From IMG/VR virus record IMGVR_UViG_2630968342_000019: DNA of 34,787 nt, one strand, 5' to 3'. The position numbers were made by a program, and so were the translations under genes. The DNA is from a virus. Its lineage: Duplodnaviria; Heunggongvirae; Uroviricota; Caudoviricetes. Under the pieces are notes generated by a model. The model had not been told where the DNA came from. It was given only the letters and a program-made list of their open reading frames with translations, and ran no database searches. Numbering within the stretch: the first letter of the stretch is position 1; every line of letters starts with the position of its first letter. Below, one piece after another: positions 7,979-17,076 of this stretch.

Positions 7979-10108
7979 TTATACCTGCGCCACGTTATAC
8001 CAAGTCCCGTTAATGTATTTCTGCACCGGTCTGTAATATACGCCACCAATGTTATCGGCAGAGTTTGAGCCGGTATCCTGAACAATAATGCCGGAATATA
8101 CACACCCGGATGGTGCCTGATGTGTCCATGTCATGCCATTGTTCGCAGGTTTGTATGTGGCAGCACCACCAAGCCGGATATCCCGGACATAGCGGGAATC
8201 AAAGTTACCGTAATCCGAGGGATTAACACGCCCCGTAATATTTATGGTTTTATTACTTTGAATGCTACCGGAGACAAAGCGCATAACATGGACGTTATTA
8301 GCATAAACATCCAGATTACCGTCGCCATTTTGTTTAAAGCCCGTGTCATTATCACCCAAAACAATCGAGTTACCGCCAAGAGCACTGGATGTTCCGATAC
8401 CCAGTGCACCATTCAATTGACCTCCAGATAATGACAACGCCCCAACATCAGCAGCAGTTGGTTTAATGTGCGAACTGTAAATTATATATACAGTTCCATC
8501 TGTCAGGCCTGTTGGTTTATTCGCTGTATAAGTTGGTGATGTATGAATCGTTACGCTGGCGTTACTGGTATAATCCCACTGAATATTAACACCCGTGGCA
8601 TAATTACCTATTTCAACATAAACATCATAGGTATCACCGGATGTATTCACCCATGCAAAATTAGTAAATCCAACCGATGTCCGTCGCCATAACGCACCAG
8701 TAAGACCTTTTGGATTTCCATTTCCCGCACGAAGAACAAGTTCAGATATACCAGCCTGCATAGGGGAGTTAACATTATATCCAGCACCACCAATCAGACT
8801 TATGTAAACCACGGAACTGGCCTGTGGCATGGTTACAGTTGCCAGCCTGAACCATCCTGTACCACCACTAAAAGACATGGTTGTTGAATTTGTTGCACCA
8901 ATATTGCGCAGGAATAATCTTTTATCAGGAATATCCGCACCGTTCTGATCTTTCTGAAGACGTTTCTCAGCATTGTCATAGGCAGACTTCACCGCTTTTG
9001 GTGTTGCGGCGAGCGTTTCAGACGTGCTGTTAGTCGCACTACTGAGCTGAACAAGGCCTTTTCGCGCCGTGGTGGCATCCTGCGCAGTATATTTCCCGTT
9101 AGCAAGGTCATACGCGACCTTTACCGCCTTTGGTGTTGCCGCAAGCGTTTCTGAATCGCTGTTGGTGGCGCTACTGAGCTGGACAAGACCTTTTCGCGCC
9201 GTGGTGGCATCCTGTGCGGTATATTTCCCGTTAGCGAGGTCATATGCTGCCTTTACCGCCTTTGGCGTTGCCGCAAGCGTTTCAGAATCGCTGTTGGTGG
9301 CGCTACTGAGCTGAGCAAGCCCTTTTCGCGCTGTGGTGGCGTCCTGTGCAGTGTATTTCCCGTTAGCAAGGTCATATGCTGTCTTTACTGCTTTTGGCGT
9401 TGCGGCGAGCGTTTCAGACGTGCTGTTAGTCGCACTACTGAGCTGAACAAGGCCTTTTCGCGCCGTGGTGGCATCCTGCGCAGTATATTTCCCGTTAGCA
9501 AGGTCATATGCGGCCTTTACCGCTTTCGGCGTTGCGGCCAGTGTTTCAGACGTGCTGTTGGTCGCACTGCTTAACTGAGTAAAACCTTTTGCGGTCAGCG
9601 AGGCGTCCGGGTGACGTCGTGACTGTTCGTGCTCTGCAATTTTGTCATCAACGTAATCCTGCGTCGCCATCACCGTTGTGGTGTCAATGGTCAGCGCCAC
9701 TGAGGCCACACTGCTGACGATGATGACCATGCGACAGGTCTGCGAACGCCCTGAGCCTTCGGCAAGAGCTGGCTTATAACTTTCGGCCATGTTCGCCACG
9801 GCAATTAATGTTCCCGCATCATCGTACAGGCCAAGCTCACGCATCCAGAAACCGCCCACCTCCGGCGGAATAACCAGCTCTGCGATAATATAATTACTGT
9901 TTCGTTTGTCCTGACTGATTTTGTTCAGCGCATGTCGCCAGACTTCGTGGATAAGCCCGGTCTGTCCGGCATCCGGGACAGGCAATTTACCACCGCCATC
10001 CCCGACGGCCATCGTGGTAATGTTGACCTTCCGCCCTCCCGGTGCGGTTGCCGCTGCCAGCTTTGCTGCACCGGCAGTGGTGATAACGGTTTTGAATTTT
10101 GTGCTCAT
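7979..10108 (-). CDS. H: Tail fibre protein (P2 gpH-like) with five internal ~44-aa repeats
   Basis: 709-aa ORF; N-terminal ~160 aa recognised as the conserved P2 H baseplate-attachment region; central five-fold repeat LSSATNS(T/D)SETLAATPKAVK.AYDLANGKYTAQDATTARKGL typical of phage tail-fibre repeats; divergent C-terminal receptor-binding part. Confidence 0.9.
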   Translation of the reverse strand: MSTKFKTVITTAGAAKLAAATAPGGRKVNITTMAVGDGGGKLPVPDAGQTGLIHEVWRHALNKISQDKRNSNYIIAELVIPPEVGGFWMRELGLYDDAGTLIAVANMAESYKPALAEGSGRSQTCRMVIIVSSVASVALTIDTTTVMATQDYVDDKIAEHEQSRRHPDASLTAKGFTQLSSATNSTSETLAATPKAVKAAYDLANGKYTAQDATTARKGLVQLSSATNSTSETLAATPKAVKTAYDLANGKYTAQDATTARKGLAQLSSATNSDSETLAATPKAVKAAYDLANGKYTAQDATTARKGLVQLSSATNSDSETLAATPKAVKVAYDLANGKYTAQDATTARKGLVQLSSATNSTSETLAATPKAVKSAYDNAEKRLQKDQNGADIPDKRLFLRNIGATNSTTMSFSGGTGWFRLATVTMPQASSVVYISLIGGAGYNVNSPMQAGISELVLRAGNGNPKGLTGALWRRTSVGFTNFAWVNTSGDTYDVYVEIGNYATGVNIQWDYTSNASVTIHTSPTYTANKPTGLTDGTVYIIYSSHIKPTAADVGALSLSGGQLNGALGIGTSSALGGNSIVLGDNDTGFKQNGDGNLDVYANNVHVMRFVSGSIQSNKTINITGRVNPSDYGNFDSRYVRDIRLGGAATYKPANNGMTWTHQAPSGCVYSGIIVQDTGSNSADNIGGVYYRPVQKYINGTWYNVAQV
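8960..9640 (-). repeat. Tandem ~132-bp coding repeats (about 5 copies) inside tail-fibre gene H
   Basis: Nucleotide motif ttcgcgc(c/t)gtggtggc recurs at 9061, 9193, 9325 and 9457 (period 132 bp); the protein repeat is visible in the H translation. Confidence 0.8.
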
Positions 10109-10118
10109 TATTCCTCAC

Positions 10119-10649
10119 TTATCCGGGGTAAACCGTAATTACATCGCCGTCGTAAGCCACACCACCGGCGAACAGGTAGCCGGGAATGTCCCGGGTAATG
10201 TTCAGGCCAATAAGGTGGCGGCTTGCAGGTTTGGCATCAGCAATCAGCCGTTCCATTTCCTGATACATTGCCTCTGTGATGCCACTTTCCAGTACACCAA
10301 TATCAAGCCGGAAGGTGCCGGGCGGGTCACTGTTTTCCCACCACTCCGTCACGTTGATGAGATAGCCGAGCGGCTCCACCACACGCCGGATTGCACCTAT
10401 AGTGCCTTTATGACAGTGGATGAAATACGCATCGCGGATAACGGCGCGTTTTGTCGCTTCCGGCCACTTTTCATCCCACCTGTCGACCGAAAACGCCCAC
10501 GCCAGCCACGGCAGCAGATTTGCCGGACAGGTGTCCGGGTTCCACAGCTCACGAATACTGACCGGCGTTTTTTCAATTTCCGCACAGGCTTTTGCGGCGG
10601 CGACCTCAAGCGGTGATGAGCCGGTCGGCAGCAGTCGCGAATCACTCAT
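10119..10649 (-). CDS. I: Baseplate assembly protein (P2 gpI-like)
   Basis: 176-aa ORF, same length as P2 I, recognised as gpI. Confidence 0.92.
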   Translation of the reverse strand: MSDSRLLPTGSSPLEVAAAKACAEIEKTPVSIRELWNPDTCPANLLPWLAWAFSVDRWDEKWPEATKRAVIRDAYFIHCHKGTIGAIRRVVEPLGYLINVTEWWENSDPPGTFRLDIGVLESGITEAMYQEMERLIADAKPASRHLIGLNITRDIPGYLFAGGVAYDGDVITVYPG

Positions 10650-11212
10650 CCGAGCCTCCGGTCACGACGCGGTATTCGGTACAGAAAGACGCCTGCGTAC
10701 TGTTGAGCACGATGTCGGCCAGTGGTGCAGCCAGTTCGACACGCTGCACACCTTCCACATGCAAAGCGGCATAAATGGCAGACAGACGGATGTCGCGCCC
10801 CAGCCGGTGCTGTGCCGTGATATACGCTTCCAGTTTTTTCACGGCGGCAGCGCGAATGGGTTCGCTTTCGGGACCAGGGTAAAGGTAAAGCGTGGCGTTT
10901 ATCTGGTATTCAACGATGGCGGCAGACTGCACGGTCACGCGGTCGGCCACCGGCCTGACGTCCTCGCCATTAAGGGCGTTACGCACCACCGCCAGCAGGT
11001 CTTCGGATGCGACACCGTTATTTTCACGTGACAGCACAGAGATGGTGACGCAGGCCGGAGACGGACTGGTTACAGAAATATCCGCGACACGCCCGTCGGC
11101 ACTGCGACCATGATACTGATAGGCCCCCACCGACCCGGCGACGCTTAAACCTTCAAACGCCTGCTGAATACGCAGACGATAATCCGTGTCAGATTCCATC
11201 ACTGCCGGTGTC
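10642..11212 (-). pseudogene. J: Baseplate protein J, C-terminal fragment ('J), separated from its N-terminus by an IS insertion
   Basis: Translation ...TQTPAVMESDTDYRLRIQQAFEGL... is the C-terminal ~190 aa of P2 gpJ. The annotated 201-aa ORF begins inside the IS terminal repeat; genuine J sequence resumes at the target-site duplication. Confidence 0.85.
11207..11212. repeat. Target-site duplication, left copy (GGTGTC)
   Basis: The 6 bp immediately left of the IS terminus TGCGTATT are identical to the 6 bp immediately right of the other terminus (13810..13815). Removing the IS plus one copy restores an open J frame encoding ...STLPPTPAVMESD... Confidence 0.65.
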
Positions 11213-11297
11213 TGCGTATTACCGTGAAGGAGATCGGTGAGTAACATCGATGGAGATCGGTTCGTGTCACTTTCACAGAACCGTTTTTAAATTACCT

Positions 11298-12049
11298 TCA
11301 CTGATCTCCTTCGGTCAACGGAGATTGTATTTTCCGCATTGATTCTCCTTTAAGTTCGATCTTGATACTGCCATGAACCAGTCGATCTAGGATGGCATCC
11401 GCATGTGTGGAGTCTCCGATCATTTTGTACCAGTTTTCCACCGGCAACTGGCTCACTACGATGATTGAGCCTCGTTGGTACATCAGATCCACTATTTCCA
11501 GCAGGTCGCTACGCTGTTCTGATGAGAGAGGTTCCAGCCCCCAGTCATCCAGAAGCAGCAGATCGCTATTATTCAGCCAGGTCAAAAGTTTGCTGTATCT
11601 TCCATCAGCATGCCCCTGATAGCACTGTTCCATCAGCGCTTTAAGGCGATAATAGTAGACCTTGTATCCCTGTCGGCAGGCATTATGACCAAGTGCACAT
11701 GCCAGGAACGTTTTACCGCTGCCGGTGGCCCCGGTCAGTAAAATATTTTGTTTCAGGGTTAACCAGTTTCCCTGACTGAGTGAACGGATGAGGGCCCTGT
11801 CCAGCCCTCTATTGTTACGATAATCCAGCTTTGATAACTCAGCATTAAGTCTGAACCGTGCATGTTTGATCAGACGCTCTGCCTTCCTGTTTTCACGGCA
11901 GGTTAGTTATTCTGCTGTCAGTAATGACAGGCGTTCTTCGAAGCCCCAGCTCCTGGTATGTGCCCGGCTGAGCAAGTTGCTTTTTAAGCGCATCACGGAA
12001 GCCGGTGAGTTTAAGTGCGGTCAGTTGTTCGTAAAGATGATTCATCATT
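11298..12049 (-). pseudogene. istB: istB (IS21-family helper ATPase), apparently disrupted
   Basis: The Walker A region LLTGATGSGKTFLA and the C-terminal 111 aa are IstB-like. Upstream, the frame starting at the ATG (12049; MMNHLYEQLTALKLTGFRDALKKQLAQPGTYQELG...) is out of register with the Walker A frame (apparent +1 base near ctggggcttcgaa), and that frame has an in-frame TAA after ...FEERLSLLTAE. Confidence 0.55.
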
Positions 12050-12059
12050 GGATCCCGTA

Positions 12060-13616
12060 TCAGTGGTAATACTCACTGCCGCGTACGTTTTCGTGTTCCA
12101 TCGTGGATAACAGATCTGGTTTTGGATCCTGAACAGGTTGTTTATCCAGACCTTTTTCCAGGATCGATTTAATACCTGACAGACGCCATACCTTTGTTTT
12201 CAGAGCTCTTGCACATGCTGCATTAAGTCTGGCTTTACTGTATTTTTTATGAAGGTTCAGGAGTCCAAGGCAGAAGCGATAGCTTTGTTCCGGATGTGGA
12301 CGAGAGTTCAGTATATGAAGCACATAACTATGAGTTTCACTGCCTATGTGCCCCGCCCATTCCAGAAGACGCTCTGGCGTCCAGGTGGCATGCTGTCGAT
12401 GAGCTTCAGGCATGTGCGACCCTTCGGGTTCTGTGACCGTACCATAAGTATATGCAAGGTATAAGTCGCTTGCGCGGGGCACAGCAACTCTGCCCCTGAT
12501 TGAAGAGCTTCCATTCTCCGGAGACCATGCTTTTTTCAAGTGGGGCCTAAACGGACCCGGAAACGAGTAGTAATGTTTGTCGATTTCCACGTGGTAATCG
12601 GCATGAACTCTGACTTTCTTCACCAGGGTGTAACTGTAACTGGCTTCAGGAAGAGGCTTCAGTGCGGGTTTATCAAGCTGGATGAAGAGTTCTGCACGTG
12701 AATAACCCAACTTCTGCATTATTTTGTTATTCAGTCTTTCCAGCAACTCCCGAATGCGCTGATTAAGCGATGCAAGGCTGTAGAAGATCTCATGCCTGAT
12801 TCGGGCCATGATCCAGCGTTCAACAACCTGAACGCCAACTTCAGCTTTGGCTTTATCTTTCGGTTTACGTGGCCGCGCAGGCAAAACTGCGACATTATAA
12901 TGCTCAAGCATCTGCTGGTAGGTAGGGTTAACGTCAGGATCATACTTACATGCCCTGGATGTGGCGCTTTTCAGATTGTCCGGAACAACAAGTTCAGGAA
13001 CGCCACCCAACCACTGGAAGCAGCGAACATGACTCATCACCCAGTCTTCAAGCTGCTGAGACCAGGTGGCCTCTGCCCATGTGTAACTTGATGCCCCGAG
13101 AACAGCTACGATGACCTGAGCAGTTCTTATTTCTCCGGTCTCAGGGTCGGTAACGCCAACGGTAGGTCCACAGTAATCAACGAAAAGTTTTTCGCCAGCT
13201 TTATGTACCAGACGCATTGATGGTGAAGTGGTTTTGAGCCATTCACGGTACATCCGGCAGTAATGGTTATAGCTGTAAAAACCGCCTGGATTACGCTCAC
13301 AGTATTCTTCCCAGAGTAGCTGCAGCGTCACGCATTTATTACGCAGTTCCCGGTGTACTGTAGCCCAGTCAGGCAGAGAGTGCTTCTTCATCTTAACCTG
13401 GGTCTGAAGGAACGCATGTTTTAGTTTTGTATCATCCCATCCTGTAGGTAAGGGCCACTGCTTTATGCCAAGTTGAGCCGCCCGATTAGCATATCTGGAT
13501 ACAACGGAAGGGGAGATTGCAAGACTACGACCAATTTGTCGATGGCTGAGTCCAACACCGTATTTAAGCCTAAGAATTTCTTTAAGTTTTCTCATAGAAA
13601 TTGGAACTGTTGGCAT
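12060..13616 (-). CDS. istA: IS21-family transposase IstA
   Basis: 518-aa ORF with an N-terminal helix-turn-helix region, a DDE-type integrase core and the conserved IstA C-terminus (...HYYSFP...WTPERLLEWAGHIG...GIKSILEKGLD...); ATG at 13616. Confidence 0.85.
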   Translation of the reverse strand: MPTVPISMRKLKEILRLKYGVGLSHRQIGRSLAISPSVVSRYANRAAQLGIKQWPLPTGWDDTKLKHAFLQTQVKMKKHSLPDWATVHRELRNKCVTLQLLWEEYCERNPGGFYSYNHYCRMYREWLKTTSPSMRLVHKAGEKLFVDYCGPTVGVTDPETGEIRTAQVIVAVLGASSYTWAEATWSQQLEDWVMSHVRCFQWLGGVPELVVPDNLKSATSRACKYDPDVNPTYQQMLEHYNVAVLPARPRKPKDKAKAEVGVQVVERWIMARIRHEIFYSLASLNQRIRELLERLNNKIMQKLGYSRAELFIQLDKPALKPLPEASYSYTLVKKVRVHADYHVEIDKHYYSFPGPFRPHLKKAWSPENGSSSIRGRVAVPRASDLYLAYTYGTVTEPEGSHMPEAHRQHATWTPERLLEWAGHIGSETHSYVLHILNSRPHPEQSYRFCLGLLNLHKKYSKARLNAACARALKTKVWRLSGIKSILEKGLDKQPVQDPKPDLLSTMEHENVRGSEYYH

Positions 13617-13809
13617 AGGTATCCTTTACCGGAATGGCAAAAGATACAGATCAACACACCTGTGAAGTTCCAATAACATTGATGGAGATCACTGAATAAC
13701 AAAATGAGTCAAAAGTGATCTCCATCGATGTTATTCAGCGATCTGTTCAAATGTTATTACCCGATCTCGATGGAAGTTATTGAGTGATCTCCTTTCATGA
13801 AAATACGCA

Positions 13810-13815
13810 GGTGTC
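13810..13815. repeat. Target-site duplication, right copy (GGTGTC)
   Basis: Identical to 11207..11212 and immediately abutting the IS terminus. Confidence 0.65.
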
Positions 13816-14153
13816 GGCGGGAGGGTCGAATCATCTGCCGGGGTGATAATCAGGCGCGTGGTGTTGTAATTGGCACCAATCACATCAAGGTCATTACCGG
13901 CGGCACAGGCCAGCATTACCGCCCGTGCGGCCTCATTCACACGCTGACGCCAGATAAGCTCACGATAAGCATTTTCCTCCAGCAGTTTGACGAGAGGCTC
14001 GGATTCCAGCGTCAGGGTACGGGCGACCGCCTCCTGCTGGTCTTCCGGGTAAAGGGAAATCAGTGTCGCCTTGCGTTCGGCAAGAATGGTTTCAAAGTCC
14101 AGCTCCTCGACCACATCCGGTGCAGGTAGCTGGTTCAGGTCGATAATCGGCAT
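13810..14153 (-). pseudogene. J: Baseplate protein J, N-terminal fragment (J'), truncated by the IS insertion
   Basis: Translation MPIIDLNQLPAPDVVEELDFETILAERKATLISLYPEDQQEAVARTLTLESEPLVKLLEENAYRELIWRQRVNEAARAVMLACAAGNDLDVIGANYNTTRLIITPADDSTLPPTPA is the gpJ N-terminus; the frame then runs 24 codons into the IS end before a stop at 13731. Confidence 0.85.
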
Positions 14154-14157
14154 GGTT

Positions 14158-14505
14158 TCAACTCACAGGGATGGTTAACGAAAGTGGCTGGCCGGTGTCG
14201 TTGTGCTGGCCGGTCAAAGTGACAGTCATTCGCCCGTCAAAACCGCGCTCAGTGGTGACGGATGACAGGGTGATGCGGGGTTCCCATTTCAGCACCGCCA
14301 TGTAACAGGCGACCTTAATCTGCAACTCAAGCGCCGGGGTCTGCGGCTGGTCAATCATTGACGCCAGCAACGAGCCGTAATCACGACGCATCACCCGTGA
14401 GCCGACCGGTGTGCGCAGGATATCGCCGATACTCTGGCTGATATGCTCAAGGTCAGTGACAGTCAGGCCATCACTGCGATTCATTCCGAGATAACGCGCT
14501 GTCAT
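14158..14505 (-). CDS. W: Baseplate wedge protein (P2 gpW-like, gp25/lysozyme-like fold family)
   Basis: 115-aa ORF, same length as P2 W, recognised as gpW. Confidence 0.92.
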   Translation of the reverse strand: MTARYLGMNRSDGLTVTDLEHISQSIGDILRTPVGSRVMRRDYGSLLASMIDQPQTPALELQIKVACYMAVLKWEPRITLSSVTTERGFDGRMTVTLTGQHNDTGQPLSLTIPVS

Positions 14506-15137
14506 AGAGGACTCCCGGTTGTGCCGCCGCTGTCGCCGGGGTGTTTATGGGTATGCAGTACTTTACCGTTTGATGAGAGTTCACCGCCGGTATGTTCAAT
14601 GTTGCCGCGCATCGTCCCGCCCTTCTGCACTTCCAGCGTGCCGGTAATCAGTTTGTTGGTGCAAACCACCTCCGGTGTGTCCAGGGTGACGCGGGTTGAT
14701 GCTTTCACCATAACCACCGGCACCGTGGCAGTAACAGAATCAGAAGCCGTCACGCTGGCCGTTTTAATTCCGCTTACCGTGAGCGCGCTGGTTTCGGGTT
14801 CATACTCAATCACCGCCCCGTCAGGGAAACGGATATGCAGGGCATCCGCCGACGCAGACGGCGCGGGGTTATCACCGGAATAAATCCCCGGCAGAACGAA
14901 CGCCGTGTCGAGTTCACCGCCCACGGCCAGAATCAGCACCTGTTCACCCACGGAAGGTGCCCACCATGTGCGCGAACGCCCGGCGCGATGGGTCAGCCAC
15001 TGAAGCCAGTCGGTGCACATGCCGCCGGTCTGCACACGGCAGCGACCGGCTTTAAGGTTGGTTTCGACGACAAGACCGGTGCGAATCATGTTGCGCAGTG
15101 CGCGCGCGAGTTCCTGAATATTTGCGAGAGTGTTCAT
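14502..15137 (-). CDS. V: Baseplate central spike protein (P2 gpV-like)
   Basis: 211-aa ORF, same length as P2 V, recognised as gpV; stop overlaps the W start. Confidence 0.92.
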   Translation of the reverse strand: MNTLANIQELARALRNMIRTGLVVETNLKAGRCRVQTGGMCTDWLQWLTHRAGRSRTWWAPSVGEQVLILAVGGELDTAFVLPGIYSGDNPAPSASADALHIRFPDGAVIEYEPETSALTVSGIKTASVTASDSVTATVPVVMVKASTRVTLDTPEVVCTNKLITGTLEVQKGGTMRGNIEHTGGELSSNGKVLHTHKHPGDSGGTTGSPL

Positions 15138-15203
15138 AACGGGAAGGATGCCGCCGGGTCATACCGGCGGCAATGTGACGATGAGGTGTCGGGAATGGCA
15201 CAA

Positions 15204-15656
15204 CTAACGGTCGAGGTGAGCCAGAATAATCTCTTCAATCATCTGCACATCCTCACCGGTAAAGCCGAGCAAAGGACGCGCCGGATAATCAATTTTCTTA
15301 CCGTCTTTCCGGGTTTCTTCCGACAGACCGAACTGATGCACACTGGCGATTTTCGGCGACTTCCCGCCGTAAAATTCCATTGATGCCTGTTCCGGGCTGG
15401 CGCGGATATGCAAAAAACGACTGGTGATAAGTTTCGCAAACATTTTTCGCTTAACACGACCGGTCTTTTTTCTGGCGCTCTGCTGCTGGCGTGGCGCGTA
15501 GGGTGTGCCGTCCGGGGCTTTCTGTGCCATCACCCGACGCTGCTGACTCTGCCGCAGACGCTTCGCCAGCTCTGCACTCAGCCGCCGACGCCCTGACGGT
15601 GACAGCGACTCAATAAGTCCGGTCAGCCGGTCTTCAAAACGCTTAAACTCATTCAT
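15204..15656 (-). CDS. S: Tail completion protein (P2 gpS-like)
   Basis: 150-aa ORF recognised as P2 S; follows R. Confidence 0.9.
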   Translation of the reverse strand: MNEFKRFEDRLTGLIESLSPSGRRRLSAELAKRLRQSQQRRVMAQKAPDGTPYAPRQQQSARKKTGRVKRKMFAKLITSRFLHIRASPEQASMEFYGGKSPKIASVHQFGLSEETRKDGKKIDYPARPLLGFTGEDVQMIEEIILAHLDR

Positions 15657-16116
15657 CCCACTTGCTCACCAGTTCGCCATTGATATAAAGCTCCATCGGG
15701 CGGGTGACCGGTTCCGGCGGCGGGGGTTCCGGGATATTCTTCACATGCAGTGCGCCGTCAACCTCACTGACCAGCGTGCGCTCGGTCAGCATCAGGCTGA
15801 TACTGATATCAAAGCTGCTGTCATTGTTGATGTCTGCATAAAATGTGAAGCCCTTTTTCTGGCCTTCGTCGGTGGTCATGATGTCGGGCTGATTTTCCCG
15901 CAGCCACGCCAGCACCGGCACGATGAGCAGGTCAAAATCACCGGTAAAGTCGGTCACAATGACATTGAGCGTGTAACGCTTTTCGAATGACAGCGACGCA
16001 GCCAGTGTGGAGGCAATACTCCCGTTATCCACGAATATCCGCAGCATCTCGGGGCTGGTTTTCAGCACCGTGACGGCATCAGTCAGTGCCCTGCGCAGGC
16101 TGTCGGGTTTGAGCAT
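15649..16116 (-). CDS. R: Tail completion protein (P2 gpR-like)
   Basis: 155-aa ORF recognised as P2 R; follows the lysis cassette. Confidence 0.9.
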   Translation of the reverse strand: MLKPDSLRRALTDAVTVLKTSPEMLRIFVDNGSIASTLAASLSFEKRYTLNVIVTDFTGDFDLLIVPVLAWLRENQPDIMTTDEGQKKGFTFYADINNDSSFDISISLMLTERTLVSEVDGALHVKNIPEPPPPEPVTRPMELYINGELVSKWDE

Positions 16117-16369
16117 CGTTTTCGTCCTGACAGTGTTTAATCATTTTTACCTGGCTGGCACAGCGTGCCAGCGCGTTCTCAAGCTGCCGGATATCGGCAC
16201 TTAAATCGCCGTTCGTCTCCGGGTCACTGCCCGGCATCGGGCAAAGACTCACTTTCGGGCAGGCGTTGTGGACAATCACTGGCGTCGGTACAGGCCGGGC
16301 GCTGGTGCAACCGGCGCACAGCATCAGGCAGGTCAGCACCGTACCAGCGGCGAAAATCTTCGTTTTCAT
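16079..16369 (-). CDS. lysC: Outer-membrane spanin lipoprotein LysC (Rz1-like), embedded in the lysB/R overlap
   Basis: Internal Met of the 135-aa ORF starts MKTKIFAAGTVLTCLMLCAGCTS, a lipoprotein signal peptide with lipobox LCAGC; Pro-rich mature part; lies in the +1 frame within the 3' part of lysB, the classical embedded spanin arrangement. Confidence 0.75.
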   Translation of the reverse strand: MKTKIFAAGTVLTCLMLCAGCTSARPVPTPVIVHNACPKVSLCPMPGSDPETNGDLSADIRQLENALARCASQVKMIKHCQDENDAQTRQPAQGTD

Positions 16370-16649
16370 TAAGTAACCTCGTGATGGTTTTCTCGCGCTG
16401 TGCTTCACGCTTCGCGGCGTTTTCCAGTTCCTGACGTAGTGCCACCTGCGCCAGCTCGTTTTTGTCTGCCCTGGTGAGGGCAACATGAAGCTGATTTTTC
16501 AGCATGGTGATGGTCGTCTGCTGCCCGTTGGCGACGTTGCTCGCCCTGTCCAGTGAGGTGCGCAGGCTGGCGTTTTCATGCTTCGCCAGAAACAGACCGG
16601 CCACCGCCAGTGATAACAACACAACCAGCACAATCATCAGCTTTGACAT
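16224..16649 (-). CDS. lysB: Inner-membrane spanin LysB (Rz-like)
   Basis: 141-aa ORF with an N-terminal transmembrane helix (LMIVLVVLLSLAVAGLFLA) followed by a coiled-coil periplasmic domain; same length as P2 LysB. Confidence 0.88.
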   Translation of the reverse strand: MSKLMIVLVVLLSLAVAGLFLAKHENASLRTSLDRASNVANGQQTTITMLKNQLHVALTRADKNELAQVALRQELENAAKREAQREKTITRLLNENEDFRRWYGADLPDAVRRLHQRPACTDASDCPQRLPESESLPDAGQ

Positions 16650-17062
16650 GGTTCCCGCCCCTCAAAACGCTGACGACAGGCCGTGCGTATCAGCCGGAAG
16701 AACACCGACGCCACGAGGTAAATCAGCGCGGTAAAAATCCACCCGGCAGCGACCAGCGAGATAAACGTCGCCACCATCACCACCAGAGCCGCCGCCCGTC
16801 TGCGCCACGGCACCGGCTGCAAAAACAGCGACGCGACAATCTTCACGGCCAGCGATTCCGGCGGCAGCTCCCGCCCGTAGCGTTCCAGCACATACTCAGT
16901 GGCATACACGCCGACACCACCGGCAACCACACAGATAACCGTCGCCAGAATCGCCCAGGCGGCGACAAAATTGACGGCCACGCTCTGCGGGTAAATCAGG
17001 GACAGTGCCAGCATCAGCGCCAGCGACACGTTCAGCATCAGTGAAAGGGATAATTTCTTCAT
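16637..17062 (-). CDS. lysA: Lysis timing membrane protein LysA
   Basis: 141-aa polytopic membrane protein immediately downstream of endolysin K, as in P2. Confidence 0.85.
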   Translation of the reverse strand: MKKLSLSLMLNVSLALMLALSLIYPQSVAVNFVAAWAILATVICVVAGGVGVYATEYVLERYGRELPPESLAVKIVASLFLQPVPWRRRAAALVVMVATFISLVAAGWIFTALIYLVASVFFRLIRTACRQRFEGREPCQS

Positions 17063-17076
17063 GGTGTTTACTCCGT

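Larger units (their letters stand above)
11213..13809 (-). mobile_element. IS21-family insertion sequence (istA-istB), about 2.6 kb, inserted in gene J
   Basis: Bounded by imperfect inverted termini starting TGCGTATT...AATACGCA (5'-TG...CA-3'); subterminal repeated motifs (catcgatggagatc, ggagatc) at both ends; encodes a 518-aa IstA-like transposase and an IstB-like ATPase; flanked by a 6-bp direct repeat. Confidence 0.85.

Noticed and set aside
8960-9640. Regularly spaced repeats that could be mistaken for a CRISPR array
   Set aside because: The 132-bp units are contiguous, in frame and coding (tail-fibre protein repeats), with no spacer/repeat alternation or nearby cas genes.
7979-10108. 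Possible invertible tail-fibre segment (Mu/P1 type)
   Set aside because: No site-specific invertase gene or inverted crossover sites flank H or G; the arrangement is the simple P2 H-G type.
12249-12464. 71-aa plus-strand ORF inside the IS
   Set aside because: It lies antisense within istA with no independent support.
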